A stretch of 64,000 nt of DNA from a bacterium (GCA_030646995.1 JAUSKF010000002.1:76092-140091), one strand, 5' to 3'; positions 1-10,177 are shown, counted from the stretch's first letter. Numbers and translations are program-made. Notes: generated from the letters alone by a model not told the origin.

Positions 1-7
1 AACAACG

Positions 8-643
8 GTGATCGCGTTGAGCTTAGAACTTACAACTAGCATGAAAACCTCCGTCTACAATTTGAAGGGTGATGTAATCGGCGAAATTGAATTGCCGGAG
101 GATATTTTCGCCCGCGAATGGAATCCTGATCTAGTACATCAGGTTCTATTGTCGCAAGCCGCTAATCGCCGTCTCCCTTGGGCGCACGCCAAGAACCGCG
201 GAGAAGTTCGTGGTGGCGGCAAAAAGCCTTGGAAACAGAAGCACACCGGCCGCGCTCGTCATGGCTCTATTCGTTCTCCAATCTGGAAAGGAGGCGGCGC
301 TACTCATGGCCCGGTAAAGACTCGTAATTATTCTCAAAAAGTTAACAAGAAAATGGCCAAGGTGGCTATCTATTCCATTCTTTCCAAGAAATTGGCCGAC
401 GGTCATCTAAAAATAGTGGATACATTAGAATTGGAAACCGCCAAAACTAAAACATTATTCGCTTCCGTAAAAAAGTTCTTGCCTGCTTTGCTGATTGCCG
501 CTAAAGAAAACAAGAATATCGCCCGCGCTTCCAATAATATTCCAAGAACCCGTAGCTTGAGTGGAGCCAATTTGAATATCGAAGACGTGACGAAATACAA
601 GAATATCTTGCTGGATAAAAAGGCCGTATCGGAAATACAATAA
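8..643 (+). CDS. rplD: 50S ribosomal protein L4
   Basis: Translation carries the L4 signature ...GGGKKPWKQKHTGRARHGSIRSPIWKGGG...; first gene of a canonical S10-spc gene order. Confidence 0.9.
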   Translation: MIALSLELTTSMKTSVYNLKGDVIGEIELPEDIFAREWNPDLVHQVLLSQAANRRLPWAHAKNRGEVRGGGKKPWKQKHTGRARHGSIRSPIWKGGGATHGPVKTRNYSQKVNKKMAKVAIYSILSKKLADGHLKIVDTLELETAKTKTLFASVKKFLPALLIAAKENKNIARASNNIPRTRSLSGANLNIEDVTKYKNILLDKKAVSEIQ

Positions 644-666
644 AAATTTAAATATTTAAAAATCAT

Positions 667-945
667 ATGAACAAGTTTTTAATAAAACATCCGGTAATCA
701 GCGAGAAGGCGACTCAAATGGCTGCTTTGAATAAATACATCTTTGCCGTTGCCGACGAAGCCACCGCCCCGGAAGTAAAAAAGGCCATAGAGGGCATCCA
801 TAAAGTTAAAGTGGCCAAAGTAAATATGATTAACGGAAAAATGAAACCGAAACACTTCGGCCGCTTTTTGAACGAGCAAGCAGGATACCGGAAAGCGATC
901 GTTACTTTGAAAGAAGGTCAGAAACTCGATATTTTACCAAAATAA
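667..945 (+). CDS. rplW: 50S ribosomal protein L23
   Basis: 92 aa, position between L4 and L2, typical L23 N-terminus and length. Confidence 0.88.
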   Translation: MNKFLIKHPVISEKATQMAALNKYIFAVADEATAPEVKKAIEGIHKVKVAKVNMINGKMKPKHFGRFLNEQAGYRKAIVTLKEGQKLDILPK

Positions 946-982
946 AATATCGAAAATTTAAATATTTAAAGATTTAAACATT

Positions 983-1816
983 ATGAAAGTTTATAAACCA
1001 ACCTCACCATCACGCAGACACTTAACCGGCATCAAGTACTCGGATATTTTGACTACCAGTAAGCCGCATAAAGCGCTGACCCAGAAACTGCGGACTAATT
1101 CCGGCCGCAATAATCGCGGAGTAATTACGATGCGTCATCAAGGTGGCGGAAATAAAAAAGTTTACAGGATAGTTGATTTCTTGCAAAACAAAATCGGTGT
1201 GCCTGGAAAAGTAGAAACCATCGAATACGACCCGTATCGCAGCGGTTTTATCGCTTTGGTTTCCTATAAAGATGGCGATCGTCGCTATATTTTGGCTCCA
1301 AAAGACCTGAAAGTAGGGGATGTGGTAATCACTGCCGAAAATGCTCCTTTGAAGCCCGGAAATCGATTGCGTATTAAAAATGTGCCGGTCGGCTATTTCG
1401 TTTTCAACGTAGAAATTCGCGCCGGTGGCGGAGCTAAACTAGCTCGCTCAGCGGGTGCCTACGTAGAAGTTTTAGCTCACGAAGGCGGCTTAACGGATCT
1501 TCGCATGGGCTCGAAAGAAGTCCGAAAAGTCTCATCTGAAGGTTGGGCATCAATTGGACAAGTTTCCAATCCTGACTATAATCTAGTGAACATCGGAAAA
1601 GCCGGCCGTTCCCGCTGGTTGGGTATCCGTCCGACTGTCCGTGGCTCAGCTATGAATCCGGTTGACCATCCGTATGGTGGAGGTGAAGGCGCACAGCCTC
1701 GTGGCACCCGCCGTCCGAAAACTATCTGGGGTAAGGTTACCGGTGGACACAAAACTCGGGATAAAAAGAAATGGTCATCCAAGTGGATTATTCAACGTCG
1801 GCCGAAAATTAGATAA
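983..1816 (+). CDS. rplB: 50S ribosomal protein L2
   Basis: 277 aa with conserved L2 C-terminal region (GGGEGAQPRGTRRP...KTRDKKK); operon position. Confidence 0.95.
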   Translation: MKVYKPTSPSRRHLTGIKYSDILTTSKPHKALTQKLRTNSGRNNRGVITMRHQGGGNKKVYRIVDFLQNKIGVPGKVETIEYDPYRSGFIALVSYKDGDRRYILAPKDLKVGDVVITAENAPLKPGNRLRIKNVPVGYFVFNVEIRAGGGAKLARSAGAYVEVLAHEGGLTDLRMGSKEVRKVSSEGWASIGQVSNPDYNLVNIGKAGRSRWLGIRPTVRGSAMNPVDHPYGGGEGAQPRGTRRPKTIWGKVTGGHKTRDKKKWSSKWIIQRRPKIR

Positions 1817-1822
1817 AAAAAT

Positions 1823-2176
1823 ATGTCACGCTCAAGTAAAAAAGGTCCATTCGTGGATCCAAAATTATTGAAGAAGATTGCCAACATTAAACCCGGTCAA
1901 AAGACGGTTGTTAAGACTTGGTCGCGAGCTTCTGAAATTGCCCCGGAAATGGTGGGGCATACTTTTGGCGTGCACAACGGAAAAACTCATATCGAAGTCT
2001 TCGTCAAAGAAGAAATGGTGGGACATCGCTTGGGAGAATTTTCACCAACTAAGAAATTCGTGAAACACGGCGGTAAAATGCAACGAGAATTGGAAGCTTC
2101 TCAGCAAGCCGCTGAAGTTGCTAAAGCCCAAGCCGCTAAAGCAACCGTAGCTCCAGCTGCCGGCGCAAAGAAATAA
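1823..2176 (+). CDS. rpsS: 30S ribosomal protein S19, with Ala/Lys-rich C-terminal extension
   Basis: Core [11 protein letters not shown]...[17 protein letters not shown]...; ~30-aa low-complexity AKA-rich tail. Confidence 0.9.
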   Translation: MSRSSKKGPFVDPKLLKKIANIKPGQKTVVKTWSRASEIAPEMVGHTFGVHNGKTHIEVFVKEEMVGHRLGEFSPTKKFVKHGGKMQRELEASQQAAEVAKAQAAKATVAPAAGAKK

Positions 2177-2178
2177 TT

Positions 2179-2670
2179 ATGAATCAGCAAATTGCAAAAC
2201 TTAATTATCTGACGATTGCCCCACGAAAAGTGAGGCTTATTGCCAATACCTTAAAAGGCTTGTCGGTTCAAGAAGCGGAAGCGCAACTTTTACTTCGCGT
2301 TCAGCGTTCCGCCCCTCCTCTATTAAAGCTTCTGCGTTCCGCTATCAGCAATGCGAAAAATAATAAGATGGACGCCTCCAAGCTGGTGATTTCTTCTATC
2401 TTAGTAAACCAAGGCCCGATGTTGAAGCGATTCTTGCCTCGAGCTATGGGCCGAGCTACTCCAATCCACAAAAAAATGAGTCATGTTGTTTTGGTGCTAA
2501 AAGAATCCGACAAAAAGATCGTGAATCGTTTCGTTATTACTCCACCGGCGAAGAAATCCACCGCTCCAAAAAAGGAACGGGTGAAGCCGAAAGCCGAAGG
2601 GGGACAAGCCGAGAAACCCAAGGATCAAAGGGGTTTCTTCAAAAAGATGTTCCAACGGAAATCCGTATAA
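2179..2670 (+). CDS. rplV: 50S ribosomal protein L22, with ~50-aa Lys-rich C-terminal extension
   Basis: Operon position between S19 and S3; L22-like core, basic tail. Confidence 0.85.
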   Translation: MNQQIAKLNYLTIAPRKVRLIANTLKGLSVQEAEAQLLLRVQRSAPPLLKLLRSAISNAKNNKMDASKLVISSILVNQGPMLKRFLPRAMGRATPIHKKMSHVVLVLKESDKKIVNRFVITPPAKKSTAPKKERVKPKAEGGQAEKPKDQRGFFKKMFQRKSV

Positions 2671-2718
2671 TGATATTTAAATATTTAAACGTTTAAATAA
2701 AAAAAATAAACAACCATC

Positions 2719-3408
2719 ATGGGTCAGAAAATACAACCATTTAAATACCGCTTAGGCATCATCAAGAACTGGAATTCCCGCTGGATGCCGAAGCACTTAA
2801 ACTTCAAGAATTATCTTGAGGAAGATTTAGTGATCCGCAAAATCATTCATAGCAAAATCGGATTGGCCGGAATCGTTTCAATTGAGATTGAACGCGGCAC
2901 CGATAATTCTTTCCGTGTGTTCGTGAAGGCCGCGAAACCGGGCTTAGTGATTGGCCGGGGAGGTAAAGGTGTTGAAGAGCTCTCCAAAGCCATCGATGAT
3001 AGCTTGAGGAAGTTATTCATTAAAAGGAAAACCGAAAAAGCCAAATTTTCGGTCCGTTTGAATATCGAAGAATTAAAACGTTCGGAGCTTTCCGCTCAGT
3101 TTATCGCCCAATCAATTGCTTGGGATATGGAAAAGCGCCTTCCTTATCGCCGCACTCTGAAAAAATATATTGAGAGCACGATGCAAAGCCGCGACGTACA
3201 GGGTGTAAAAATCAAAGTTTCCGGCCGCTTGGATGGAAATGAAATTGCTCGCCGTGAGTGGTTGGCGAAAGGTAAATTACCTTTGCAAACTTTGCGCGCC
3301 AACATTGATTACGGGGAAGCTGCTTCATACAACAGCTACGGCACCGTAGGTGTGAAGGTCTGGCTATACAAAGGCGATGTATTCAATACCGTAAAACGCG
3401 ATATTTAA
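2719..3408 (+). CDS. rpsC: 30S ribosomal protein S3
   Basis: 229 aa, KH/S3-C domains (GRGGKGVEEL...), operon position. Confidence 0.9.
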   Translation: MGQKIQPFKYRLGIIKNWNSRWMPKHLNFKNYLEEDLVIRKIIHSKIGLAGIVSIEIERGTDNSFRVFVKAAKPGLVIGRGGKGVEELSKAIDDSLRKLFIKRKTEKAKFSVRLNIEELKRSELSAQFIAQSIAWDMEKRLPYRRTLKKYIESTMQSRDVQGVKIKVSGRLDGNEIARREWLAKGKLPLQTLRANIDYGEAASYNSYGTVGVKVWLYKGDVFNTVKRDI

Positions 3409-3427
3409 ATAATAAAAATATCCTACA

Positions 3428-3841
3428 ATGCTAGTTCCAAAAAAAGTAAAACATAGAAAGTGGCAGAAGGGCCGCTCCAAGACCAGAATGGTGGAAACGC
3501 GTGGTACTACCTTAGCGTTCGGTTCTTTTGGTTTGAAGGCCACAACCGCCGCTTGGATAAATTCCCGCCAAATCGAAGCCGCCCGTCGCACCATCAGCAA
3601 CTTTATGAAACGCGAAGGAAAAGTTTGGATTCGCATCTTTCCGGACAAGCCGATCACTAAATCAAGCGGCGCCACTCTTGGTGGAGGAAAAGGAGCCGTG
3701 GACTACTATGTATTTCCGGTAAGACCCGGCCGCATGTTGTTCGAAATTGACGGAATCACTCCGGCTATCGCCAAAGAGGCTTTGCGTCTGGCCAGCCACA
3801 AACTTCCGGTGAGAACCAGAATGATTACCAAAGCTAAATAA
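3428..3841 (+). CDS. rplP: 50S ribosomal protein L16
   Basis: 137 aa, MLVPKKVKHRK...GGGKGAVDYYV... typical L16. Confidence 0.9.
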   Translation: MLVPKKVKHRKWQKGRSKTRMVETRGTTLAFGSFGLKATTAAWINSRQIEAARRTISNFMKREGKVWIRIFPDKPITKSSGATLGGGKGAVDYYVFPVRPGRMLFEIDGITPAIAKEALRLASHKLPVRTRMITKAK

Positions 3842-3846
3842 CAGCT

Positions 3847-4050
3847 ATGAAAAAGAAAGAAATTCAACAACTGAAAACGAAGCCCGTCGAAGAATTGAAA
3901 AAAATGCTGTCCGAACAGACGGAAAATTTGTGGACTTTAAAGCAGAGCCTATTGAACGGCAAAGTTAAAAATGTTAAAGAGATGCGTGACGTTAAGAAGG
4001 GAATTGCCCGACTTATGACGTTCGTCAAACAAAACAATGGAACAAAATAA
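3847..4050 (+). CDS. rpmC: 50S ribosomal protein L29
   Basis: 67 aa helical protein between L16 and S17. Confidence 0.8.
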   Translation: MKKKEIQQLKTKPVEELKKMLSEQTENLWTLKQSLLNGKVKNVKEMRDVKKGIARLMTFVKQNNGTK

Positions 4051-4312
4051 AGCCAAAGCTGAAGTTAAGCACCGTAAACTCCAAGGAGTGGTGGTTTCGG
4101 ATAAAATGCAGAAAACTGCAGTCGTGGCTGTGACGCATGAGCGAAAGCATTCTAAATATTTGAAATACTTTAAGGTCACTACCCGTCTTAAAGCCCACAA
4201 TGAAAATAACGAATACAAGACAGGGGAGGTAGTAGTCATTGAAGAAACCCGCCCGCTCTCTAAAGAGAAGCGCTGGAAAATCATAGAAAGAATTGTTGAG
4301 AAAAAAGCATAA
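4037..4312 (+). CDS. rpsQ: 30S ribosomal protein S17
   Basis: 91 aa, [16 protein letters not shown]...[14 protein letters not shown] typical S17; overlaps rpmC by 14 nt. Confidence 0.85.
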   Translation: MEQNKAKAEVKHRKLQGVVVSDKMQKTAVVAVTHERKHSKYLKYFKVTTRLKAHNENNEYKTGEVVVIEETRPLSKEKRWKIIERIVEKKA

Positions 4313-4318
4313 AATAAC

Positions 4319-4687
4319 ATGATCCAAGAACGAACAATCTTAAAAGTTGCCGACAATTCAGGAGCGAAAACCGTTCGTTGTTTTCGCGTTCTCGGAGGTA
4401 GTCGCCGCCGCTACGCCGAAGTAGGGGATGTCATCGTGGCTTCTGTACAGGTAGCCGAACCGAGGAAGCCGGTAAAGAAAAAGGATGTTGTGAGAGCGGT
4501 GGTAGTCCGTCAGCACAAAGCCTTGCGTCGCGCCGATGGATCCTATGTGCGCTTTGACGACAACGCGGTCGTTTTAATTGACGACAAACTTGAGCCAAAG
4601 GGCACCCGCATCTTCGGACCAATTGCCCGCGAGGTCAAAGAAAAAGGTTATGAAAGTATTGCTTCATTAGCAGAAGAATTAATTTAA
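4319..4687 (+). CDS. rplN: 50S ribosomal protein L14
   Basis: 122 aa, [17 protein letters not shown]... highly conserved L14 start. Confidence 0.95.
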   Translation: MIQERTILKVADNSGAKTVRCFRVLGGSRRRYAEVGDVIVASVQVAEPRKPVKKKDVVRAVVVRQHKALRRADGSYVRFDDNAVVLIDDKLEPKGTRIFGPIAREVKEKGYESIASLAEELI

Positions 4688-4700
4688 ATACTTAAATACC

Positions 4701-5021
4701 ATGCTTAAGAAAAACGACACAGTAAAAATAATCGTAGGAAAAGATCGCGGTAAAACCGGCAAGGTTTTGCGCGTGGATGTAAAGAATGGAATGGTGCTGG
4801 TAGAAGGCTTAAACACCGTTAAAAAGCATGTCCGTCCGAAAAAACAGGGGGAAAAAGGCCAGACGATTTCCTTGCCGCAGCCTTTATATTTTTCAAAAGT
4901 TATGCTATTTTGCTCTAGTTGCGCCAAAGGCGTAAGAACCAGGGTTAGAATGACCGAAAATAAGACTTCCAGTGTCACCCTAAAAGAGAGGGTGTGCATA
5001 AAATGCCAGAACGTAATCTAG
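4701..5021 (+). CDS. rplX: 50S ribosomal protein L24 (KOW)
   Basis: KKNDTVKIIVGKDRGKTGKVLRV... KOW motif; operon position. Confidence 0.85.
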   Translation: MLKKNDTVKIIVGKDRGKTGKVLRVDVKNGMVLVEGLNTVKKHVRPKKQGEKGQTISLPQPLYFSKVMLFCSSCAKGVRTRVRMTENKTSSVTLKERVCIKCQNVI

Positions 5022-5034
5022 CTATATAGCGACC

Positions 5035-5538
5035 ATGAAAATCACACCAATAAAACAAATCGAGAAGATAGTTGTGAATACCGGAATCGGGCGTCTTTCT
5101 TCACAGCCAAATTTCTCAGATAAAGTTCTGCCGGAGATCTCCGCTAATTTCGCCGCCATTACCGGCCAGAAACCCTCGGAACGTTCCGCAAAAAAGTCTA
5201 TTTCCAGCTTCAAACTTCGCGAAGGAACAGTAGTTGGTTTAAAAGCTACCTTGAGAAAAAAGCGGATGGAATTATTTTTAGATAAAGTAATCCGTGTTGT
5301 CTTGCCCCGCGTTCGGGATTTCCAAGGAATTAGTATTAATAATATTGACGGGCATGGAAATTTGAACTTTGGAGTAAAAGATCAGCTCGTTTTTCCGGAA
5401 ATCAACCCGGAAACTTCGAAATCTAATTTCGGTCTTGAAATCACGGTTGTTCCAAGAAAACACAAAACCAAGGATGAGGCGATCGCCTTTTATAAAGAAA
5501 TCGGAATTCCATTTGAAAAAACAATCACTAAAAAATAA
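5035..5538 (+). CDS. rplE: 50S ribosomal protein L5
   Basis: 167 aa; operon position; L5-like [13 protein letters not shown] region. Confidence 0.9.
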   Translation: MKITPIKQIEKIVVNTGIGRLSSQPNFSDKVLPEISANFAAITGQKPSERSAKKSISSFKLREGTVVGLKATLRKKRMELFLDKVIRVVLPRVRDFQGISINNIDGHGNLNFGVKDQLVFPEINPETSKSNFGLEITVVPRKHKTKDEAIAFYKEIGIPFEKTITKK

Positions 5539-5723
5539 TGGCTAAGAAATCAGTGGTAGCGCGGGCCCTAAAACCGCCGAAGTTTTCTACCCGGATTGTC
5601 CGCCGTTGTTTCCGTTGCGGCCGCCGCAGGGGATTTATGCGAACCTTTGGAGTTTGCAGGATCTGTTTCCGAGAATTAGCGGCTAAAGGAGAAATTCCGG
5701 GAGTTAAGAAGTCTTCCTGGTAA
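5538..5723 (+). CDS. rpsN: 30S ribosomal protein S14, zinc-binding short type (Z)
   Basis: 61 aa with CxxC...CxxC ([20 protein letters not shown]). Confidence 0.88.
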   Translation: MAKKSVVARALKPPKFSTRIVRRCFRCGRRRGFMRTFGVCRICFRELAAKGEIPGVKKSSW

Positions 5724-5734
5724 AAAATAAAGAC

Positions 5735-6118
5735 ATGTTAAACAATCTTTTAATTACAATTAAAAACGCCCAGAAAGCACGGAAGGAAGCCGTGAAATTA
5801 CCGTACTCCAATTTTGACTTTGCAATCGCGGAAATTTTGGCGAAAAGAGGTTTTGTGGAAAGCGTCGCTAAAAAAGGCCGCATGCCGAAAAGAATAATTG
5901 AAGTAAAGATTAAATATGATGCTAACGGGCTAGGAGCAATCACCGGCATCAAAGTATTGAGCAAGCCATCCCGCCGCTTATATTCCGGCTACGCCGAGTT
6001 AAGAGCCGTTAAGCAGGGCTACGGTGTTTCTATTGTATCCACCTCAAAAGGAGTTATGACTTCCTCTGAAGCCAGAAAACAGAAAGTCGGCGGTCAATTA
6101 CTATTTGAGATCTGGTAG
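5735..6118 (+). CDS. rpsH: 30S ribosomal protein S8
   Basis: 127 aa, operon position, S8-like C-terminus ...GGQLLFEIW. Confidence 0.9.
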   Translation: MLNNLLITIKNAQKARKEAVKLPYSNFDFAIAEILAKRGFVESVAKKGRMPKRIIEVKIKYDANGLGAITGIKVLSKPSRRLYSGYAELRAVKQGYGVSIVSTSKGVMTSSEARKQKVGGQLLFEIW

Positions 6119-6137
6119 AGTAATCACGAATAAAAAA

Positions 6138-6689
6138 ATGTCTAAATTAGCTAAAAAACCAATAATCGTTCCGGCAGATGTAGAAGCCAAATTGGCCGAC
6201 GGGTTTTTGCGATTTTCCGGAAAAGAAGGAAAATTATCAGTAAAAGTTCTTCCTTATGTATCTGCTGAATTGAAAGATGGTCAGATAACTTTGAAATTGG
6301 AAAATGCCATCAAGCAGGGCCGCGCCAACATCGGCACGCTGGCGGCTTTGATAAAAAATTCGATTGCCGGTGTCAGCGCCGGATTCGTTAAAATTTTAGA
6401 AATGGAAGGCATCGGCTTTAAGGCCAGCATGGAAGGAACAACCATAGTTCTGACCGTAGGATTCTCTCATCCTGTAAAATATATTCCGCCTGACGGAGTA
6501 AAGGTGGTGGTAGAGAAAAATGTAATCAAAGTTTCCGGAGCCGACCGAGCCTTAGTTGGCTTGGCTGCGTCAAAGATCCGCAAAGTGCACCCACCGGAAC
6601 CTTATAAGGGTAAGGGTATCCACTATAAAGGAGAGGTGGTGCGACGCAAGGCCGGTAAAAAAGTTGCAGGCGCAGGAACGGCGGCCTAG
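6138..6689 (+). CDS. rplF: 50S ribosomal protein L6
   Basis: Start moved to MSKLAKKPIIVP (internal Met of the track ORF); two-domain L6. Confidence 0.88.
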   Translation: MSKLAKKPIIVPADVEAKLADGFLRFSGKEGKLSVKVLPYVSAELKDGQITLKLENAIKQGRANIGTLAALIKNSIAGVSAGFVKILEMEGIGFKASMEGTTIVLTVGFSHPVKYIPPDGVKVVVEKNVIKVSGADRALVGLAASKIRKVHPPEPYKGKGIHYKGEVVRRKAGKKVAGAGTAA

Positions 6690-6726
6690 GTAAGATTTCG
6701 AAATATCGATATATCGAAAATTCATT

Positions 6727-7080
6727 ATGAACAAAGCACAACTAAAAAATTTAAACAGGGGATTGAGGCAGAAACGTAACCGAGCGCGTGTTTCCGGCGT
6801 CTCCGAAAAGCCGAGGCTTTCCGTATTCCGGAGCAATAAATACACCTACGCTCAACTCATCGATGATGTTAACGGCCGCACAATCGCCTCTGCCTCCACT
6901 CAAGAGCTAAAAAAGAAAGGCAAAAAAACCGAACTCGCCCAAGAATTAGGGGCTTTGATTGCCGAAAAAGCAAAAAAGGCGGGGGTTACGGAGGCAGTTT
7001 TCAATCGCTCGTTCTATAAATTCCACGGCCGCATTAAAGCAGTCGCCGAAGGAGCTAGACAAGGAGGCCTCAAAATTTAA
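6727..7080 (+). CDS. rplR: 50S ribosomal protein L18
   Basis: 117 aa, RLSVFRSNKYTYAQLIDD... typical L18. Confidence 0.85.
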   Translation: MNKAQLKNLNRGLRQKRNRARVSGVSEKPRLSVFRSNKYTYAQLIDDVNGRTIASASTQELKKKGKKTELAQELGALIAEKAKKAGVTEAVFNRSFYKFHGRIKAVAEGARQGGLKI

Positions 7081-7117
7081 ATTTTTAAATATTTAAATAA
7101 AAAAATACACAACCAAC

Positions 7118-7690
7118 ATGGAACCAGTAAAACCAACAACTCAAGCAGTAGCGCCGGCAACCGGTAAACCAGGAGCCCCACATATGGGTGCCGCCACTCG
7201 CTTTGGCCAGCATCGTCCGGGTGGACGCCGCCCAGGGCGCCCGAAAGAGCAAAATCCATTCGGAATGAAAGATAAGATGTTGGATTTGCGTCGTGTTACC
7301 CGTGTAGTAGCCGGAGGTAAAAGATTCCGCTTCCGCGCCACAATTATTCTTGGTGATGAAAAAGGAAAAGTAGCTGTTGGTGTTGCTAAGGGATTAGACG
7401 TTCAATCCGCTATCTCTAAAGCTAAGCATGATGCCGCAAAGCATATCATTACCGTTCCGCTCAAAGGACGCACGATTCCTCATGAAGTTGCAGCAAAATT
7501 CAGCGCCGCTGATGTAATTATAAAACCAGCCAAAGAAGGTCACGGCTTGAGAGCGGGAGGCGCCGTACGCGTTGTGCTGTCATTGGCCGGAATCAAAGAT
7601 GCTACCGCCAAATGCCTTGGCCGCACTCCGAATAAATTGACTAATGCCCTCGCTACAATTGAAGCTTTAAAGAAACTGAAAAAGAAATAA
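7118..7690 (+). CDS. rpsE: 30S ribosomal protein S5 with Pro/Gly-rich N-terminal extension
   Basis: Core LDLRRVTRVVAGGKRFRFRATIILGDEKGKVAVGVAKG...; ~45-aa low-complexity N-terminus. Confidence 0.9.
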   Translation: MEPVKPTTQAVAPATGKPGAPHMGAATRFGQHRPGGRRPGRPKEQNPFGMKDKMLDLRRVTRVVAGGKRFRFRATIILGDEKGKVAVGVAKGLDVQSAISKAKHDAAKHIITVPLKGRTIPHEVAAKFSAADVIIKPAKEGHGLRAGGAVRVVLSLAGIKDATAKCLGRTPNKLTNALATIEALKKLKKK

Positions 7691-7694
7691 AATT

Positions 7695-8177
7695 ATGCAA
7701 TTACACGACTTAAAACCTAACCATCCGCTAAAAGCCAAAAAGCCGCGCGTCGGCAGAGGTGGTAAACGCGGAACTATGTCTGGAAAAGGGCAAAAAGGAC
7801 AAAAGTCCCGCGCTGGCCATCGTATCCGTCCGGCAGAACGCGACTTCATTCAACGCTTGCACAAATTGCGCGGTATTAAGAATAAACCTCACGAAGAAGG
7901 AGCGGCAGTTCTTAACGTTGGAGTTTTAGCTAAAATGGCTAAAGATGGCGTTATCAGCGAAAAAGTTCTTGGGAAAAAGGTGAAGATTTTAGGAGAGGGA
8001 GAAATTAAAGTAGCGCTAACGATAATGGGCTTAGAAATTTCTAAGTCTGCGCAAGCAAAGATTGAGAAAGCCGGTGGCAAAGTAGTGGTAGGAGTAAGAA
8101 TCGTACAGCCAGCGAAGGGGATGGGTAAGACGAGGTTGCCGGGCAGAAGGATAAAAGTAGCGGAGAAGACTAAATAA
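7695..8177 (+). CDS. rplO: 50S ribosomal protein L15
   Basis: 160 aa, KAKKPRVGRGGKRGTMSGKGQKGQKSR... typical L15. It begins 4 nt after rpsE, so no L30 gene lies between them. Confidence 0.85.
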   Translation: MQLHDLKPNHPLKAKKPRVGRGGKRGTMSGKGQKGQKSRAGHRIRPAERDFIQRLHKLRGIKNKPHEEGAAVLNVGVLAKMAKDGVISEKVLGKKVKILGEGEIKVALTIMGLEISKSAQAKIEKAGGKVVVGVRIVQPAKGMGKTRLPGRRIKVAEKTK

Positions 8178-8208
8178 GATATATAATTAGTGATCAGTAG
8201 GCTGAATA

Positions 8209-9480
8209 ATGAATAAACTACTTCAAATCTTTAAAATTCCGGACCTAAGAAAGAAAGTTTTTTACGTTCTCTTGGGATTGGTAGCTTTCCGCATCCTTGG
8301 CGCAATCCCGATTCCGGGAATTGATGCCGCAAAGCTTGCCCAATTCTTTAATTCGAACCAAATTTTTGGCTTCTTCAACTTGTTTTCTGGTGGTGGTCTA
8401 ACCAATCTCTCCATCGTAATGTTGGGAGTCGGTCCATATATCACCGCCACAATCATCATGCAGTTGCTCACAATGATTTTCCCAAGCTTGAAAGTGATGT
8501 ACTACGAAGAGGGAGCGGCCGGCCGAGCTAAGTTCAATCGCATCTCCCGCTATCTCACTATTCCTCTAGCGGCTCTACAGGCATATACATTCTTAAAGTT
8601 GCTTGGTAGCCAAGGGATTCTAGGCACCCTAACACCACTAGAAGCCCTTCAAAATGTCCTCATTATTACTGCCGGTAGTATGCTCTTGACTTGGATTGGT
8701 GAATTAATCGGCGAGCAAAAAATCGGAAACGGAATCTCTCTTATTATCTTCGCCGGTATCATTAGCGCTCTTCCGACAGTCATTAAAAATACCGTCATCT
8801 CCTTTGATCCGGCGAATCTTCCTACCTACATCGCCTTCGCGATTCTTTCCGTGATTATTATCGCCGGAGTCGTCTTCGTGAACCAAGGAGAACGCAAAGT
8901 ACCGGTCTCATATTCCCGACGTATCCGAGGGAATAAAGTTTATGGAGGCTCATCCAGCTACTTACCGCTAAAAATTAACCAAGCGGGCGTAATCCCGATT
9001 ATCTTTGCCATTTCAATAATGCTTTTCCCGCAATTCTTTGCCCAAATTATTTCTCTTTTCGCGCCGGAGCCTGCGGCGACATTGCAAAACTTAATTAATC
9101 AATTCTTAAATAACCAATATATCTACAGCGCGGTCTACTTCACTTTGGTTGTCGCCTTCACTTATTTCTACACTTCGATCACTTTTGACCCCAAAGAAAT
9201 TGCAAAGAATCTCCAACAGAGCGGGGGATTCGTGCCGGGAATTCGCCCGGGCGAGCCAACCGGAGAATACATCGGCAATCTTACCAAGCGATTAACTTTG
9301 TTCGGAGCTTTATTCTTAGGCTTGATAGCAGTTTTGCCGAACCTGACCCAAATCCTTACGGGGGTGCAAACTTTAACTATCGGCGGCACCGGCCTATTGA
9401 TCGTGGTTTCGGTAGTATTGGAAACTATAAAGCAATTGGATTCGGAACTAACCCTCCGAGAATACGAGGGGATTCAGTAA
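8209..9480 (+). CDS. secY: preprotein translocase subunit SecY
   Basis: 423 aa, 10 TM, conserved SecY segments (GIDAAKLAQFFNS..., RPGEPTGEYI). Confidence 0.92.
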   Translation: MNKLLQIFKIPDLRKKVFYVLLGLVAFRILGAIPIPGIDAAKLAQFFNSNQIFGFFNLFSGGGLTNLSIVMLGVGPYITATIIMQLLTMIFPSLKVMYYEEGAAGRAKFNRISRYLTIPLAALQAYTFLKLLGSQGILGTLTPLEALQNVLIITAGSMLLTWIGELIGEQKIGNGISLIIFAGIISALPTVIKNTVISFDPANLPTYIAFAILSVIIIAGVVFVNQGERKVPVSYSRRIRGNKVYGGSSSYLPLKINQAGVIPIIFAISIMLFPQFFAQIISLFAPEPAATLQNLINQFLNNQYIYSAVYFTLVVAFTYFYTSITFDPKEIAKNLQQSGGFVPGIRPGEPTGEYIGNLTKRLTLFGALFLGLIAVLPNLTQILTGVQTLTIGGTGLLIVVSVVLETIKQLDSELTLREYEGIQ

Positions 9481-9533
9481 GGGCTCCGGGAATAGCCTCC
9501 GGCATGTTCCTCGAAACTATTCCCTGCGCTTTG
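9481..9533 (+). repeat. short (53-bp) member of a dispersed structured repeat family (GGGCTCCGGGAATAG...CTATTCCCTGCGCTTTG)
   Basis: Matches the two ends of the 141/149-bp copies at 58299-58439 and 21179-21327; starts on the nucleotide after the secY stop codon. Confidence 0.7.
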
Positions 9534-9544
9534 TATAATATTGA

Positions 9545-9580
9545 AAAGCCCCGTTTTAAACGGGGCTTTGATTTTATTTA
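9545..9580. terminator. rho-independent terminator (bidirectional) after secY and after the minus-strand 199-aa gene
   Basis: AAAGCCCCG-TTTAAA-CGGGGCTTT stem then T-run. Confidence 0.7.
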
Positions 9581-10177
9581 TTCGATCCAGCCGCGGTCAA
9601 TGTAGCGGCCGCGATCAAAGATTGCAGATTCCAAATGCACGCTTCGGACCGGGAGAACTTTCTTAGCAGCAGTGAGTTTCTCGGCAAAGATCATTTCTGC
9701 GATTCGCGGGCTCATCCCATCGCTGATTCTTTGGGTCAGATAATACTTCAGCAGGCCGTCTTCTCTCGGCAAAAGATTTCGGCTCCAAGCCATGTTCAGG
9801 TCATCCGACAACTTCATGAAGGTCTTCACCTGATCCGGCTGCAACCCGAAGATGAAGTGAGTCTCATGGTAGATGGTTTGCGGAAAAAGTGTTGCCATTT
9901 CTCCCAGCCGGCACTCCAGTTTTGTCCTCATAATCGTGAACCCGGCCTTGCGCACATCCTCTTCCAGTTTGGTAATGTAATCTTCCATCTTCACGAAGCC
10001 GCACTGCAGATTTACCGCGCACATCATCTGTATGGGATACTGGCCCTTAGACAACTCAACCAGCACCGGCTTGATTTCGTTAGCCTTGCAGAACTTGGTC
10101 CACTTCTCAATTTCGGTCGGCGGATCAACGGTGATATGAAGCTCAAAATCCATCCTAGCCTCCTCTTCTTCTTTCAA
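9578..10177 (-). CDS. hypothetical protein inserted on the opposite strand between secY and adk
   Basis: 199-aa ORF with ordinary protein-like composition; the antisense ORF is His/Gln/Leu low-complexity. No family recognised. Confidence 0.5.
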   Translation of the reverse strand: MKEEEEARMDFELHITVDPPTEIEKWTKFCKANEIKPVLVELSKGQYPIQMMCAVNLQCGFVKMEDYITKLEEDVRKAGFTIMRTKLECRLGEMATLFPQTIYHETHFIFGLQPDQVKTFMKLSDDLNMAWSRNLLPREDGLLKYYLTQRISDGMSPRIAEMIFAEKLTAAKKVLPVRSVHLESAIFDRGRYIDRGWIE

